DNA of 64,000 nucleotides from Klebsormidium nitens (lineage: Eukaryota > Plantae > Klebsormidiophyceae), in assembly GCA_000708835.1 (NCBI GenBank), contig DF236974.1, positions 298,626 to 362,625 on the forward strand. The letters run 5' to 3'. The position numbers and the translations under genes were made by a program. Every line of letters begins with the position of its first letter. The stretch's first letter is position 1. Shown one piece after another: positions 27,714 to 40,719 of this stretch. A model generated the notes under the pieces. That model was not told the origin of the DNA. It did not search any database and was given only the letters and a program-made list of their open reading frames with translations.

Positions 27714-28751
27714 TTATGCTGCTTTCGCAATTTGGTCATCTTTACGGACCGACGCACGTACCGCTTTTGCAATCTCATTCTCCCTGTATGCACAGTACAG
27801 CGCAAAAGCGGGTGCCGGCCCCAGAAGGAGCGCCCCGGCCAGGGTGCGCAACGCCACCCGAGGCCCGTCCTCTAGCAGGGCGAAGTACACAAACAGGAGA
27901 GTGAAACTAATCAGATCTAGCATGGAGAACCACACGGCTGCCTCTGACGTGTCTGCGAACCCCTCTGACGTCAGCAGCCTCAACGCTTGAGACCAGGCTT
28001 GAGACGGAAGCGTCGGATCTTTGTACAGGAGCACGAGAGTGAGCGCGCGCCAAAGCGCGCTGAAGGCGGCTGCGACCAGGTAGTTTTTCCGCGTCAGAAT
28101 TGCTAGAGTGGGTCCCGAGTTTCTCGCTACGCCGAATATCCAAAAAAGAGTAATGAGAGGGCCGTTGCTCCAGTCAAAGAATTTTTGAAAGCCCCGCATT
28201 ACCCAAGCGGCCCTATGCGCGAATGACAGAGCCATCAGGTTGAAGTGAAGCACGTAAAATGAAAAAAGCGTGCTAAAACCCCAGCGGTACCGACCGAGCA
28301 GGGTCCCAGAGGAGCTTCGGTCGGGCGCGCGCGCGCGCAGGTAGAACGGCAACCAGCCCAAAGCAAAGGACGCGCTCGCGCTGAGAGAGGCTGGAAGGAG
28401 CTGAAGAAGGGGCACCGCCACGAGAGCTGCCCAGCTGAGAAAACCAGTCATCCTTTTGCAGGGCGTTCGTACTCTTAGGCACTCAGTCATTCCAAGCAGC
28501 ACGTAGATGGGGACCAGGAAGCAGAGCTCTCCGAGGACTATATAGCCGACTGGATGGTTCACCCCGCCCTCAACGGCACCCCATATCTCAGAAACGAGGT
28601 GGCTGGAAAGACCTCGCAAGCCATTGTCGTTGTTGGCTGGGAGGATCTTGGTGAGCTTAGGCGCCAGGGTTGCTGCTCTGATGGAAAGACATATCAGTCC
28701 AAGCAAGGCAGCGGGCGCGCAAGTAGATACGCTCCACTGGGATTGCGCCAT
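27714..28751 (-). CDS. Intronless multi-pass membrane protein, family copy 3
   Basis: Intact 345-aa ORF, close paralogue of copy 2 (shared QALRLLTSEGFADTSE; GPAPAFALYCAYRENEI). Confidence 0.8.
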   Translation of the reverse strand: MAQSQWSVSTCAPAALLGLICLSIRAATLAPKLTKILPANNDNGLRGLSSHLVSEIWGAVEGGVNHPVGYIVLGELCFLVPIYVLLGMTECLRVRTPCKRMTGFLSWAALVAVPLLQLLPASLSASASFALGWLPFYLRARAPDRSSSGTLLGRYRWGFSTLFSFYVLHFNLMALSFAHRAAWVMRGFQKFFDWSNGPLITLFWIFGVARNSGPTLAILTRKNYLVAAAFSALWRALTLVLLYKDPTLPSQAWSQALRLLTSEGFADTSEAAVWFSMLDLISFTLLFVYFALLEDGPRVALRTLAGALLLGPAPAFALYCAYRENEIAKAVRASVRKDDQIAKAA

Positions 28752-29922
28752 GGTAGCGTCAGCCCAGAGACCTGCTCATGTGATGCTTATTCAAAATTTT
28801 GCAAAAGAAAGCTCTAGCACAAAGCGAGGGGAGGAGGGCAGTGGAGATTGAAGCGCCAGCAAGGAGGCAGCATCTGAAGGAGGGCGGTCTAGAAATCTGT
28901 CTGCGGTCTGCCGACAATTTGCGCATGCTATGATATAAGCTGTCGCGATCGCGTCATGTGACATGCAGCAATGATGAACGCCATGGGGTGCAGCGGTTTG
29001 ATATACGTCGGGAGATCCTAGTCAAATCAGTGCGGTGGACCCCGAGAACCAAGCCGCAGGATGCTTTTTGACTCGCAGCCTTTGCACGATATTGTAGACC
29101 CTCGATCATTAAGCGAAACAATCATTACGTATGTATAGATTCCTATGAGAATCCTGCACTTCGATTAGACAATCAGCACGGTGGACTTGCTGTAACCACT
29201 TCTAGATATTTTGGCTAGAATCATTGACTTGACTTCGAGTAGGTATGTAAAAGCTCGAGTCTTTACATCTAGCAGCTTCTCAAGCAAGTTGAGAACAATG
29301 TTTCATCTGTAGATGATGACCCCTCATGGTTCAGAAAAGAACGTAATGACGCGCGCGGCGCCAGTGGAATTACAAAAACCTTCCACACTTTACTGAAGCT
29401 GTCGATCTCGCTGAATTCCATTCATTACTCCACTCCTTCGTTTCTATTTCAATTGAACGGACATAGTATCACCAAACGACTATGTACTCTGGTCATTTGA
29501 AGGACAGGATCATAGCCAATCCAAGTGCAGCGGCCATTTGAAACGGTGAATTCGTTAGTGAACTGCAACATTCGGAGCTTTCAATTGATACGTCTTGACG
29601 GTGTGCTTTGAAATGCATCAGAAGAAGCGGTGATCCGACAGCAAACCAATCGATCAGGCTGTGAGAACGCCTTGATGCTTTCTGAGAACTTGGTTTCTTT
29701 TACAACCAACCTGAATGGATTGCTAGTGACCCTCTTCGAACTAGGGCAGATTGCAATCTCGCCTAGTCTTCTGCAGCACCAGAAGATACGGACAGATGGC
29801 ACACGGCCGTTCCTGCCTGACTCGGCTTCTCTAGTACCCTGCCCGAATTGGTGTCCTCGAGTTTCATGTGGGCATCATCTGTTTTTTTGAGTCTTACAAA
29901 AAGAAACCTTAGGTAGGAGCAC

Positions 29923-31017
29923 TCAGAGATTGGGATCTGGTACTGTCATGTTACCTCTCCTAGATCTTGCAGGATTTCTTCTTTCAAGCACAGTGCGCTG
30001 CCTCTCGTTCCGACTCTTGACCCGCCATCGAATCCGTAACCTGTCGCTTCGATACACGCAATAAATCGCAAACGTCGGTGCCGGTCCTAGGACGCTAAGC
30101 GCTCCAACTAGCGTGCAGAGAGCAACCTTGATCCCGTCCTCAAAGAACACGAAGTAGATCAAACATAGCGTGAGTCCAACCAGGTCTATCAAGAAAAAGA
30201 GCAGGGCTGCTTCTGGGATCTCGGAGCCCGCTCTCGCCAGTAGCAGCGCTAAGATCTGAGTCACTAAGGAAGGGTCTTGGTAGAGAAAAACCAGTGTGAC
30301 CAGCCGCCAAAGAAGTGTGAATACGGCAACGCAATGAAAGCGCCAGACTGCTTCCTTCTCCATCTTGTGGGCTGTGATCGGAGGAAAGGGTTCTGATGAG
30401 AGATTGCAGAAGTACAAGCCCAAAAACGATGGACCTACATAACAGCAGGCGCTGAGCCAGGACAAGTACCCGTCAGACTGATAGTAGGACATCAGCGCGA
30501 TAAACGAGGGCATCAGCACAGAGGAGGCGGCCGCGTGCCAGATGCGGACCACGCGCGCGGTCAGCGCGCTTTTCTTCATATTTCTCGTGCTCCGAGGGCC
30601 CCCTCCGCTAAGCAGGTAAGACAGCCAGAAGAGACAGAAGGCGAACGCGCCGCTGAGAGCCGCTGCCAGCGATTGGGCGATGCGGAGTGACGTGAGCTCC
30701 AAATCCAAGTGCGCGCGCTCCCTGCAAGACTCAACACCACTCAGCAGCCCTCGGAACTGCAGGACGCAAAGCTTCCCAATCACGGGCACGCCGGCCGGGT
30801 GGTTCGCTCCGGCCTCCAAGATGGCGCACGCGCGCGCTGGAAGGACTAGGTTGAGAAGAAAGACTCCGCGTTCGCTGAAGCCGCCATGCTCTATGAAGCT
30901 TTCCAAAGGGAACCGCGCAAAGATGGAAGCCCGCAGGAGAAGGCAGACCATGCCAACTAGGAATGGAGGCGCACATGCAGCAAGGCGATAGCGCGTTAGA
31001 TGCGCCATGGGGGCCAT
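29923..31017 (-). CDS. Intronless multi-pass membrane protein, family copy 4
   Basis: Intact ORF with family motifs (CAPPFLVG, GANHPAG, FTLLWRLVTLVF, LGPAPTFAIYCVYR); most similar to copy 1. Confidence 0.78.
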   Translation of the reverse strand: MAPMAHLTRYRLAACAPPFLVGMVCLLLRASIFARFPLESFIEHGGFSERGVFLLNLVLPARACAILEAGANHPAGVPVIGKLCVLQFRGLLSGVESCRERAHLDLELTSLRIAQSLAAALSGAFAFCLFWLSYLLSGGGPRSTRNMKKSALTARVVRIWHAAASSVLMPSFIALMSYYQSDGYLSWLSACCYVGPSFLGLYFCNLSSEPFPPITAHKMEKEAVWRFHCVAVFTLLWRLVTLVFLYQDPSLVTQILALLLARAGSEIPEAALLFFLIDLVGLTLCLIYFVFFEDGIKVALCTLVGALSVLGPAPTFAIYCVYRSDRLRIRWRVKSRNERQRTVLERRNPARSRRGNMTVPDPNL

Positions 31018-32503
31018 GAGCGGACTGAACGCCAAAAACTGGACTAGCTTAGCTCCCAGAGGGGTCGAAGAAGCACCTGTCTTACTGATGTCTGCCCCCT
31101 GTTCAAGTGGCAGAGGTTAAGACTGTTCCAAGGGAGTTTTTACGGCTGCAACGAGCAAAATTTGTCCGGAGGCCAGTATGAAGTCAGGCAACGTCTGCAG
31201 GCTTGCTCGAAACTAACCTTTGACATCAATCTTACTGAAGTCTCATTCCGCGTACGTTGAGACCTTCGCTGCAGTCTTGACAAATCACTGTACACAACCC
31301 CGCGTGGCATCGATTGGTTGGAAAGTTCCACTCGCCGTCGTCATGTGTGACGATCGCAGAACCGGAGTGCAAGATCATACGGCTACTCCGTGTGACATGC
31401 AATATTTATGAATGTGCGCGAGCGAGATCTGCAGCCATCTAGTTGCGTCAATGTACGGCGTAGATATTGCTCAACCGAATCATCGATTCATTCAGTACAC
31501 CTCCGAAATCTTGCACAATAGCCCATTTTGCAGACGGATGAGCTTTGTGACCGGAACTTTTCCCTCCTCTCGTGATCGACTAGCAGTAAGCGTGGTAAGT
31601 AAGGCCTAGCCCCGGAATCAAAGGTTTTGCCTTACTTGCGGATTCAGAGCTGATGAAGAAGATTGGATCTTCTAATGGCAGATAGGCTCGTTACTTGATT
31701 GCTCATTACTGGGTTGAAAGCACAAGCCTTCAAGAAACGAGGCGTCAAGTACGGCTGGCTGATTTTGAGACACTTCAGAGACTGGCGTGTACTGACGGTT
31801 TCTGATTCCTGTCTTATGCCAATCCTGTCATACGATGTGCTTGATTTTTCGGGGACTTTGAGCTATCTCTGCGTCTAATGATGAGCGGCTTGAATCTGTT
31901 GAAACGAAACCAATGCTGTACTTCCTCCGCGGTCCTAAGACTGCAAAATGCTGGTTTGAATGCTTCAAGTGACGGTCTGGGTCCTGCTCTTCGTTTTATT
32001 CGCTATCTTTGGGTACAACTCATGCCTAGACACAACTATGTGCCTAAACGGTTTATGCCCGTTTGCAACACTAAAGCAGCATATATTACTTTAGTACTGC
32101 CGCCTATGCAACGCCAAACCTGCGCGTGTGCACCTTCTCTAGAACTCTTGACATCTTTTGACTACACCCAAATGCACTATCAAATGCACTATCACTAAAT
32201 GAATGCAATGCTATGCATAACGACGCGAGCCCTGAGCAATCGCATCTTGTACCAACGCAGACCCCCAGTATTAAGGTTCTGCCACTCTAAATCTCAACTG
32301 ACTCAAGCGAGCAACGTATCATGCCCTCGGGGCACAGACCAGATCTCGACCATAAATTTACACCTCCCGCAACTACAAAACTCCGGGTACTCCTGAACCC
32401 GTTCAGATGGAGCAGTCCGTCACAGGCTTTGACTGCGGCAGGACTACTCCGGCAAGCAAACACAACACTCGCAGCGGTCACCGGGGACACTTGGGAACGA
32501 CTG

Positions 32504-35500
32504 TCAAGGCGTCGTAACTTCAAAGCGGTCCTTACTTATGTCCTGACATTCTCCATCGGTTTCCCCGTCGGTACTGGGGGATAATTCAGGTGCCGCAAGG
32601 GGCAGATCCTTCAGATCAAAGCTCTGCCTCCGCTCCGACTCGCCCTTGAGACGGGCAAGGCAGACCTGCAAGAGTCGAAACCGTCTCAATCAATTTCGTA
32701 CTGGAAAGAACGGGGGACCAGAGGTTAGCGAAGTGAAATGGATTTAGTGACGCGAGATTTAGTAAGATTGTAAGGACGAAAAGCACCGCTGGTCAAAAGT
32801 ACCATTCTGGTCAAGACAATGGGGTCAACGGTGGTATTGGCCCCTGGTCCCACTTTGAAAGTGCTACGGAAAAATCTAACGCAATTCACGAAAGAAATTC
32901 CCGAGACCTGTTTGCGACTCTCTTCTGCTCTGCGGGTTGTCCGGCAGCAACCAGCCCTGCATCTGCCCGCTTCGTGTAACTATTAACCAACCTGGAAAGC
33001 GCCAAACCCGTTTCTAAACGGACTAACGTCTTGATGCCCACCTGTACGGCGTCGTGCGCGCGCACAAAGTGCCGCTCCGGCCCCAGCAGCTCGAGCAGCC
33101 CCCCGCGCGCGAGCGACACCATGACGCGCTTATTGGCGTTGGACAGCACCAGCTGCACGCCCTGCTCGCCAAACTCGGTGTGAAGGTCCCTTAGCGCGTA
33201 GATCGCCGTCGAATCTACATACGTGACCTGCACGGGCAGGTTCGTTCGTTGTGAAAGGGGGAGAATTCAAGAGGGTGGGTGAATCTCCCCTCGCGAATGC
33301 GAAGGAAAATTCTATGTCCTTTCGCAGACTCGAAAGTGTAAAGTCTGTCAATCGCAGTCATAAGACAAGCGTCTGATCTGGAAAGAAGGTACATAGACTG
33401 GCGCTTCCGAAACACGCCATCAGCAGAGTTTTGGAATCGCGTCTGAACGAAGATTCGCAAGATGATTAAGATTCAAACATCAGCGCCCACCGAAGCCGAA
33501 GCGCCCACCGCGAGCCGCTCCTCACCGGGCTCATGTCGAGAATGACGTAGCGCACGTCTGCCGCGTTCCCCGCGGCCGCCTTCTGCGCGCCCGGGAGCGG
33601 CCAGTCGGCGGCGGCCGCAGCCGCCTCCGGGTCCTGGACGCTGCCCGAGTGAACCAGCACGCTGCGCAGCATGTGCGCGCGCAGGTGGTCCTTGATGAAG
33701 CTGACGTTAGCGTAGTACATGGGGGCGTCGATGCGGATGATCAGAATGCCTGCGGGCGTCCTTCGAAGGAGTCAGATCTTGTATAAGCGTCCGAACGGAC
33801 AGCCCCTACGTCAGTAAAGATCTGGGAGTGTCAAATGGTAAAGCGCCCTAGCGAATGGAGTAATGCTGCGCTTCTACGACAGTACTTCCAGCGCCGCACA
33901 TTATATGGAATAAGGAACACGGACCTGGGTTTCAAAGACTTGCATTTTAAGCAGAGGCTCTGATGTCTTTTCCCGTCCCGGACCTTCAGAGTGTTTAAAA
34001 ATGGATCCACGAAGTGGGGGCAAGGAACAGTAACCTGAGAAGCTGTCCCCTAACCGAAAGTTACGCAAATTCTTGTCACACTCCTCGAGACGGCGTCAGA
34101 GATCGGATCCTTCTCTTCACCGTTCACTGTGATTAAAGTATTTGGGCAACGTCAGCCTCCCTTACCAGGATAGGTAATCGCATCCGGGTACTGCCTGATG
34201 TTCCGGTACACTGCAGTGCCCGGGAGGCGCCCCAGGATCGCCATGTGCGGGTTCGCTGACTCGTAGATGACGAATACCTGTGCAGGTTAGCCGCGCGTTA
34301 ACGAAGAAAGGTGGAAAAGCGGAGAGAGTTGAACTCCTCCTGATGCACGGCGGAAGCTGGAATCATCTGGTTTTCCAGGTCATGAGCAAGAGTAGTAGGA
34401 TAAAGTGTTGTCCCAAAGAGACGGGGCAGGAATGATACATCAGTTTGAGATGATTTACTTCTCAAGTAGAGTACACGGAGAGCAGGCAAGTGTGGCCTTC
34501 ACAATGAGAACGGACTCTTATCGAAACAAATCAAAATCTCAGCCCTGTCACAAGCCACTGCTGTGACCGACGTGCTTACCAGGGAGAGTCCGACCGCGAT
34601 AGCGACCCCGACTTCGATGCCCAGGAAGATCGTCCCAAGGCAGGCCGCTAGCCAAAGCAGAAAGTCGCGGGGGTTGGTTTTGAACAAGTGGATGGCCTCC
34701 TTATGATCGAAGAGCCGGATGCAGGCGGCGATCACAACCGCGCCAAGCACCGCGTTGGGGAGATTTCTGCAGAATGAACACATGGCACTTCAGAAGGAGC
34801 GGTGGGGTTACAGTGTCGGTGTGGCAGAATAGCGACCGCCCAAATGAAAGAACGAGACAACAATTGCATGGCATCTCATTTCACCTCCTTATCAACACGC
34901 TGAGCTTGACGAAATCAGGGGTTGGCAGAAGTTCCAGCACAATCGCGGACGACGGCCTCGACTTTTCAGTGGAAGTTGCTCACTTGAAAAGAGGCGTGAG
35001 GAAGAGCAGCGTGCACAGGATGAGGAGGCCAGTGATGAGGCCCGACATGCAGGTCTTGGCGCCCATCTGCAGACAAACCGTTCTTCGCAACTTGACACAG
35101 GAACTCCAGTAAGCTCTTTGGATCTAAGTAAGACCCTAACCCAGAAGTATACAATTCGCACCTTTAGCCACCCTAACCCCTTGATTAACCCCACCCGTTC
35201 GACTTACTATTCTAGTGTGGGCTTGCTGTTTATTGAGTCTTGAAAGATCGCCGAGATCAGTAGTTCGACGGACTTACGGAACGTCAGTCTGATAGAAGTC
35301 AGTGGCAGAGAGTTCAGTGATTTCGTGCACTTGTATAAGAAGAGACTACTCGTGATTTTGAAAGATGACGTTAGCACCTTTACTGCTCACCTCATTGCTG
35401 ACCGCGGAGCGCGAGAAGGACCCGGTGGCCGGATATGCCGAGAACACTGAGCCGACCAGGTTTGCGACGCCCAGCCCAAAGAGCTCCTGCGTTTTTGAAT

Positions 35501-38500
35501 ACATCTGTTATTTGGTGCAATCTATCCTTAGCCAGTCCGTTTGCGAGAATTGTGGGTTGGGACCTCGTCAAGAAATCTTGCAAAAGGCCAGCATAGGGGT
35601 TCACTTTTATTTGCGGCGCTTCTCGCAGTGGTTTTCTGCCATGGAGGCAAAGCTTGACGTAAACCAGGCATGCATTGGATAAATGAATCTCTGCAGTCTA
35701 AAGGGACATATTTTGAGTGGAAAAGATGAAGGCAAGACTGAGTTGAGAGTATCGGTAACGCACCTGGTTCGTGTTGATCTCGTAGCCATTTTTGGACGCC
35801 AGAGCTTTGGCAATTCCAACCGTCTCCAGGATGCCGACACCTGTCACCATCAGGGACGTCAAAAATAGCTGGCTGAAGTGGCCGTTTGTCTGGAAGTGGG
35901 ACGTTGAGGCGGGAGGAAAGCCTTTAGGGATGGGACCGACCGTCGAGATCTGCACAGAGAAAACGGAGCCCTTTTCCCTTGAGTAACAAAATCAACGGTT
36001 GGTTTTGGATTGTTGTGCAAGTCCAATAAGAGAAAGTATTTCTGTCAGATCGACGTATGTCGCTGCACTAGGTTTGCCACACCACTAGCGCAGCATACTA
36101 TTAATAGTCTGATCTGCGCCGCCGATACAAGAAAAGCTCATTATCGGAGACAAAGCCCTCATCGCAATCGTTATTCAAGTGTGGCTTTTCCGTTCCAGAT
36201 AGACACAGGACCTCGAGACTTTTGTGCTGCTGACCTTTGAACAGGACTACGTTGAGAGAGCGTGTACGGATAGCAGTAGCGTCAAGGAAAGCAGCAGTCC
36301 ATTGACTTTGAGGACTCAGGCTTCAAGATTTTCCATATTGTTCATATCGACGGCTCACCGCTTTCGTCTTGACGAAGCTCATAAATACGGTGCCCGCAAC
36401 CACCGTGATCAGCGGTCCGGCGACGCGGCACCACCGAAGCCGCGGCGATCGGTCGCCTGAGATGAAGAAAAACGTCCAACCATCACTTGTCAAACATGTT
36501 CCTCCTAAAATGATTTCAGCCCTCTCCATCATTCGGTGCGGCTGGTCAAACGCAAGATGCGGCTGAAGGTTGGAGTACCGGGGAGCAAAACCTGCGAAAA
36601 CTTTGGAAACACTACCCATGCCCCTCAACGATCTCAATCAGACGTCTTTGTCAGTACTTGATAGAGGATCGTTCCTGTGGGCAAAAGCTCCTCAGAGTCA
36701 CCGCCCTCCAAATTGAGAGTGGACCATAAGGTTCTTCTGTATGAGAACAAGGGCAGGCTTCAACCCTTCGACGGCTCTTCATACCGATTTCTGATCTAGT
36801 AAACTCGTGAATCATCCACTTGACGGATCCTTTCCAATCCCGCGGTCCGTCATATGAACCGAGAGGACTTTTGTCACGACGATTAACGGATTCCGCAGCA
36901 GAGCTTACCCGCGGAGCGCATCCCAACGATAATCCCGAGCATGACGACGCCCATGAGGAAGGGCTCCCACTTGAACTGGTCGATTCTAGCGAAGATGGTC
37001 TGGACGACCGGCACTAGCTGGTTGCTGCTCGTGATGCTGTAACCCAGGAAATACTTGACCTGCAGTGGAACGAAACTGCCGTTGGAAAAGCTGCGCAGTG
37101 ACCTCCCGACCCACCAAAAAACGAAGGAACAACGAAGGAACAACGAAGGATAAATGTCCTTCCAGGCCGCTGACTGTGGCACGGAACGACCGCTGCGATC
37201 AAGGACGTTCAGGAACTGAGTCCCCATCGGTGCGTTTAAGAAGTACTGCGTGGTGGAGCGCTTGGCTGCGAGCAGACTCCCGAGTATGCAACATCGTCTC
37301 TTTCGGTGCGATGGCCCTAGTGGAACAGCTACTTGAAGCCTTTGCAGAGAAGTCTGCAAAGTGGGCTTATGTTCTTCTACATGCACAATCGCTGCCCTAT
37401 GCAGATTCTGTTTCTTCAGTCAGATGTTGCACTTGTCGTTCTTCGATTTACAAGTCAAGCGGCTTCCAGGACCTGTTCTGAGAGGTGAACCCGGAAATGG
37501 GCGCATTAAGTCCGAGGCTTACCTGAGAAAGGGCGATGGTGGTGGCAGCCCCGGAGGTAAACCCGGAGATGACGCTGTGGCTGACGAAGCGGATGAGCCA
37601 GCCGAGGCGAAGGAGGCCCAAGATACACTCCACGAGGCCGACCTGAAAGGAGACACGCTTTAATTCTCTGTAACGAAGTTCTAAGAAAGTGTGTTTAAAA
37701 TACAGGTTTAGTGAAGCGGAGGAGTCGAAGTCTATTCATGAACAGCAAGCAAAGCTGACAACGTCCACGTGCGCACACACGGGCGTTCACAAGGAGTAGC
37801 ATCCGCAAAGCACACTATTACTGCTGAGAAACTTCTCGTTTGCCCGCGTGAGTCAGTCCGCGCCCGCCCCTTACAAATTCCTTTCTTGACATTTTCCACG
37901 TTAGTGCGTTGCCAACCTCCATTTTGGGAGTTCTTATCAAGGCATCGCGGCACTCACAAAAAGCGACAGCGTGATGGCGAGGCCTGTGTACTGCGCCTGC
38001 AGGGCGGCCCTGTCCGCGGCGGTCGCCCCCTTGCCGGGCTCCACCATGCTGAGCAGCCCCGAGTGCACCAGCTGGGACACGATGGCGACCGGGCCGACTG
38101 CCAGCTGGCGGGAGCTGCCGAAAAGGCCGTACACGAAGACGGGCATGAGGCCCGTGTAGAGGCCGTACACGGGGGAGAGGCCTGCCAGCTTGGCGTACGA
38201 CATGGCCTGCAAAAAACGCTCCCGCTTATACTTCAATGTAATCAAACAGAGGGAAGCATCAAAGCCGAAGTGCGGTGAAGTGTGAGGGAGGTCAGCTTAC
38301 CAGTGAGACACTGACGGGAAGACACAAGAAGAGCTTCGAGAGTGAACATCGGTGAGAATGTGCACGGATCGTTTGGGGCTTGACAAGGAGCATGCCTTCG
38401 GCGGTGCTAGCTGAAAACTTTTGATGCAGTAGTTTTTGTTCTTGACTTTTGACCTGTTCTGAGAAGCGTCCTGAAACATCCTCCTGTGGATTTTCCATCA

Positions 38501-40719
38501 ATCCTGAATGTCATCAGACTTCATGCCTTGAAGGAAAGCGTTCGAATTTACTTCAATTAGAACCACATGCAAGTTTTGTTTTGATTTATCTGCAGTGAGT
38601 ATTGAACCATCGGAACAAATTGGATGCGGTTGCGTTACAGAGATCGTTACAGAGAGTGCTTTAAGATCCGATCCCACCTGAGGAACAAGCATGACCCCCA
38701 CGGTGATGCCAGCGATGATGTCATCGCGCAGGTGCTTGCGCACGTCATAAGAGGCCAGCCAAGAGAAGCAGGGGAAGAGGTTGAAAAGGATCCGCTTCAG
38801 GTGCCAGTGCCACGGGTAGTTGCCTCCGTCGGGACTGCCAAAGCTCTGTGCAATCTGGTTTAGTGCAAGGTCCTTGTACCTGCAGGAAGCATAGAAGTCT
38901 ATAGGCAACCGGACAGATTCTACTGATAGTAGCTTGTTTTTACCGTGTGGCCTTAGAGTTGGACGGGTACAGGAGCCGGCCATTGGAGACTAGCAGGAAG
39001 AAGGAAGCAGGCTTAAGTTCAAAGTACTGTTTGCGCTTGAGTGGCCCTCACCAGTCGCTGGAGTCGAAAGGCAGTAGGTGCTGAATACTGAACAGAACAG
39101 TGAGTCCTGAAGGAGCGGTGCTGCAACTTTACCGATCAAACATGCGTTCAAGCTGAGTGCATTACCAAGAATGGAGAAGGTGACAAGGGCCCTTTGTGGT
39201 GCGCATACTCAGGGTAAAATACGTAGATGCTGCTCTTTCTGATCAAATCCCTCACTTCCTGGAGAACTGCCAGTGAACACCCTGAAAAGTATAGAAGTGA
39301 ACACCCTGGAAAGTATAGAACCTTACCCCCCGATATGCTCACTGCGTTCTGACAAAAACATTGAGAAAGCCCGCTCCTCAGTTGTTGATAAGTGGGCAAG
39401 CAGCTCAGATTTCTCACTAGATGGTAACAAGCTGGCGACATATGTCTTGTGAAGGCTGGATTCATCTTAACCCACTCCATGGCCCCCAACACATATGGTC
39501 ATGGTGCTATGGGAACGAGGTTTGGCTGAGAGCGGGACATTCGAAGACAGGATCGACCCCACAGGGTATCTTTGTCTAACTGCAAGAGGGCAGGCCAGTG
39601 ACGATGTCTGTGTGTTGAGTGTATGTAGGTCAGGCTGCTTTATTGTTTTAGTGTAGAAATTGCATGATATGCCACCTTACAGCAGGCTTTGCGTGCATTG
39701 AGGTTGGGCTGTCATGTCTGTGAGCGTGGAAAGCGGCACAATTTGGCGCAGATCAGAAACAATCTTCCACCTCACTTAAAAAGGCGGCTGTAAAATGAAA
39801 TTGAGCAGTGATCCTGATTCACAACCAGTTCAACCTGAGCTGGTCTCTTCAAAGACATGGATGTGGTGTGAGTCGATGTGCGGAAACCACCTTGCGTTAC
39901 GTTTCCAGGAACCTTTTTGTGAGCAGACACTAAAGTGATGCTTTAGCTTGCTGCAAAAGCAATAGAAATCCTGAGACTGTCAATATATAGGCCCACTCTC
40001 AGAGGATCCAACTTATGAACAAACCACCACTACAATCTTTGAGGCCTTGTTGAAAAGAAAAGCTTCAGGGATTGTGCTTTGAACCCGATGGCAAAAGATA
40101 TTGAAAGAACTCTATGGATTGTTATCCTGGCTCCCGTCGATATCCACTTCAAGGTGCAGCCTTTGAAAAACAATTTTCCTTATGAGCTTAAGAAGAGTGT
40201 ATTGAATACAAGACCTCTCTTTGATTACCAGCCAGGCAGTCTTTGATCAAACCCCCTAGCAATTACTCACCTTGATGCATTGGAGGAGATGTTCCTGATC
40301 AAGGGCTGCCTCTCTTCGATCTTGTCAACACCGGGAAGCACCGCCAGCACATCCACCTCCCCGACGGTGGTGCGCAATGGAAGCCTTCCAAGGCGGCTCT
40401 CATTAGTCACCCCCTCCCCACACAAGCATGAGCTGAGACCTCGCTGCAGGCGCTCTGCGCTGATTGGTGACCCCACCTCAGAAGTAGAAAGATCACCTGC
40501 GCCCTCAGAGCTGAACAAGCCGCAGTAAGGGGGCCTTCCACCAGGGCTGATCTCAGTGATCCCGATTCCCATCTCAATATCCCCCTCAAGAGGAACTGGT
40601 TCGGGATGTTGCAGAGGCTCCCTGGATTGTGGTGCATTTACAGGAGCTTCCTGAGTTACTGACAGCTCAATAGAGGGATCGGGAACTGTTCCAGGCGAGG
40701 CCTCTGGACGTTGCGCCAT
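32504..40719 (-). CDS. SULTR4: SLC26/SulP sulfate transporter with STAS domain, group-4-like; ~14 exons
   Basis: [133 protein letters not shown]. Confidence 0.93.

Noticed and set aside
39272-39320. 24-bp tandem duplication and coding-like fragments in SULTR intron 1
   Set aside because: Only two units, and the frames are full of stops with no identifiable family.
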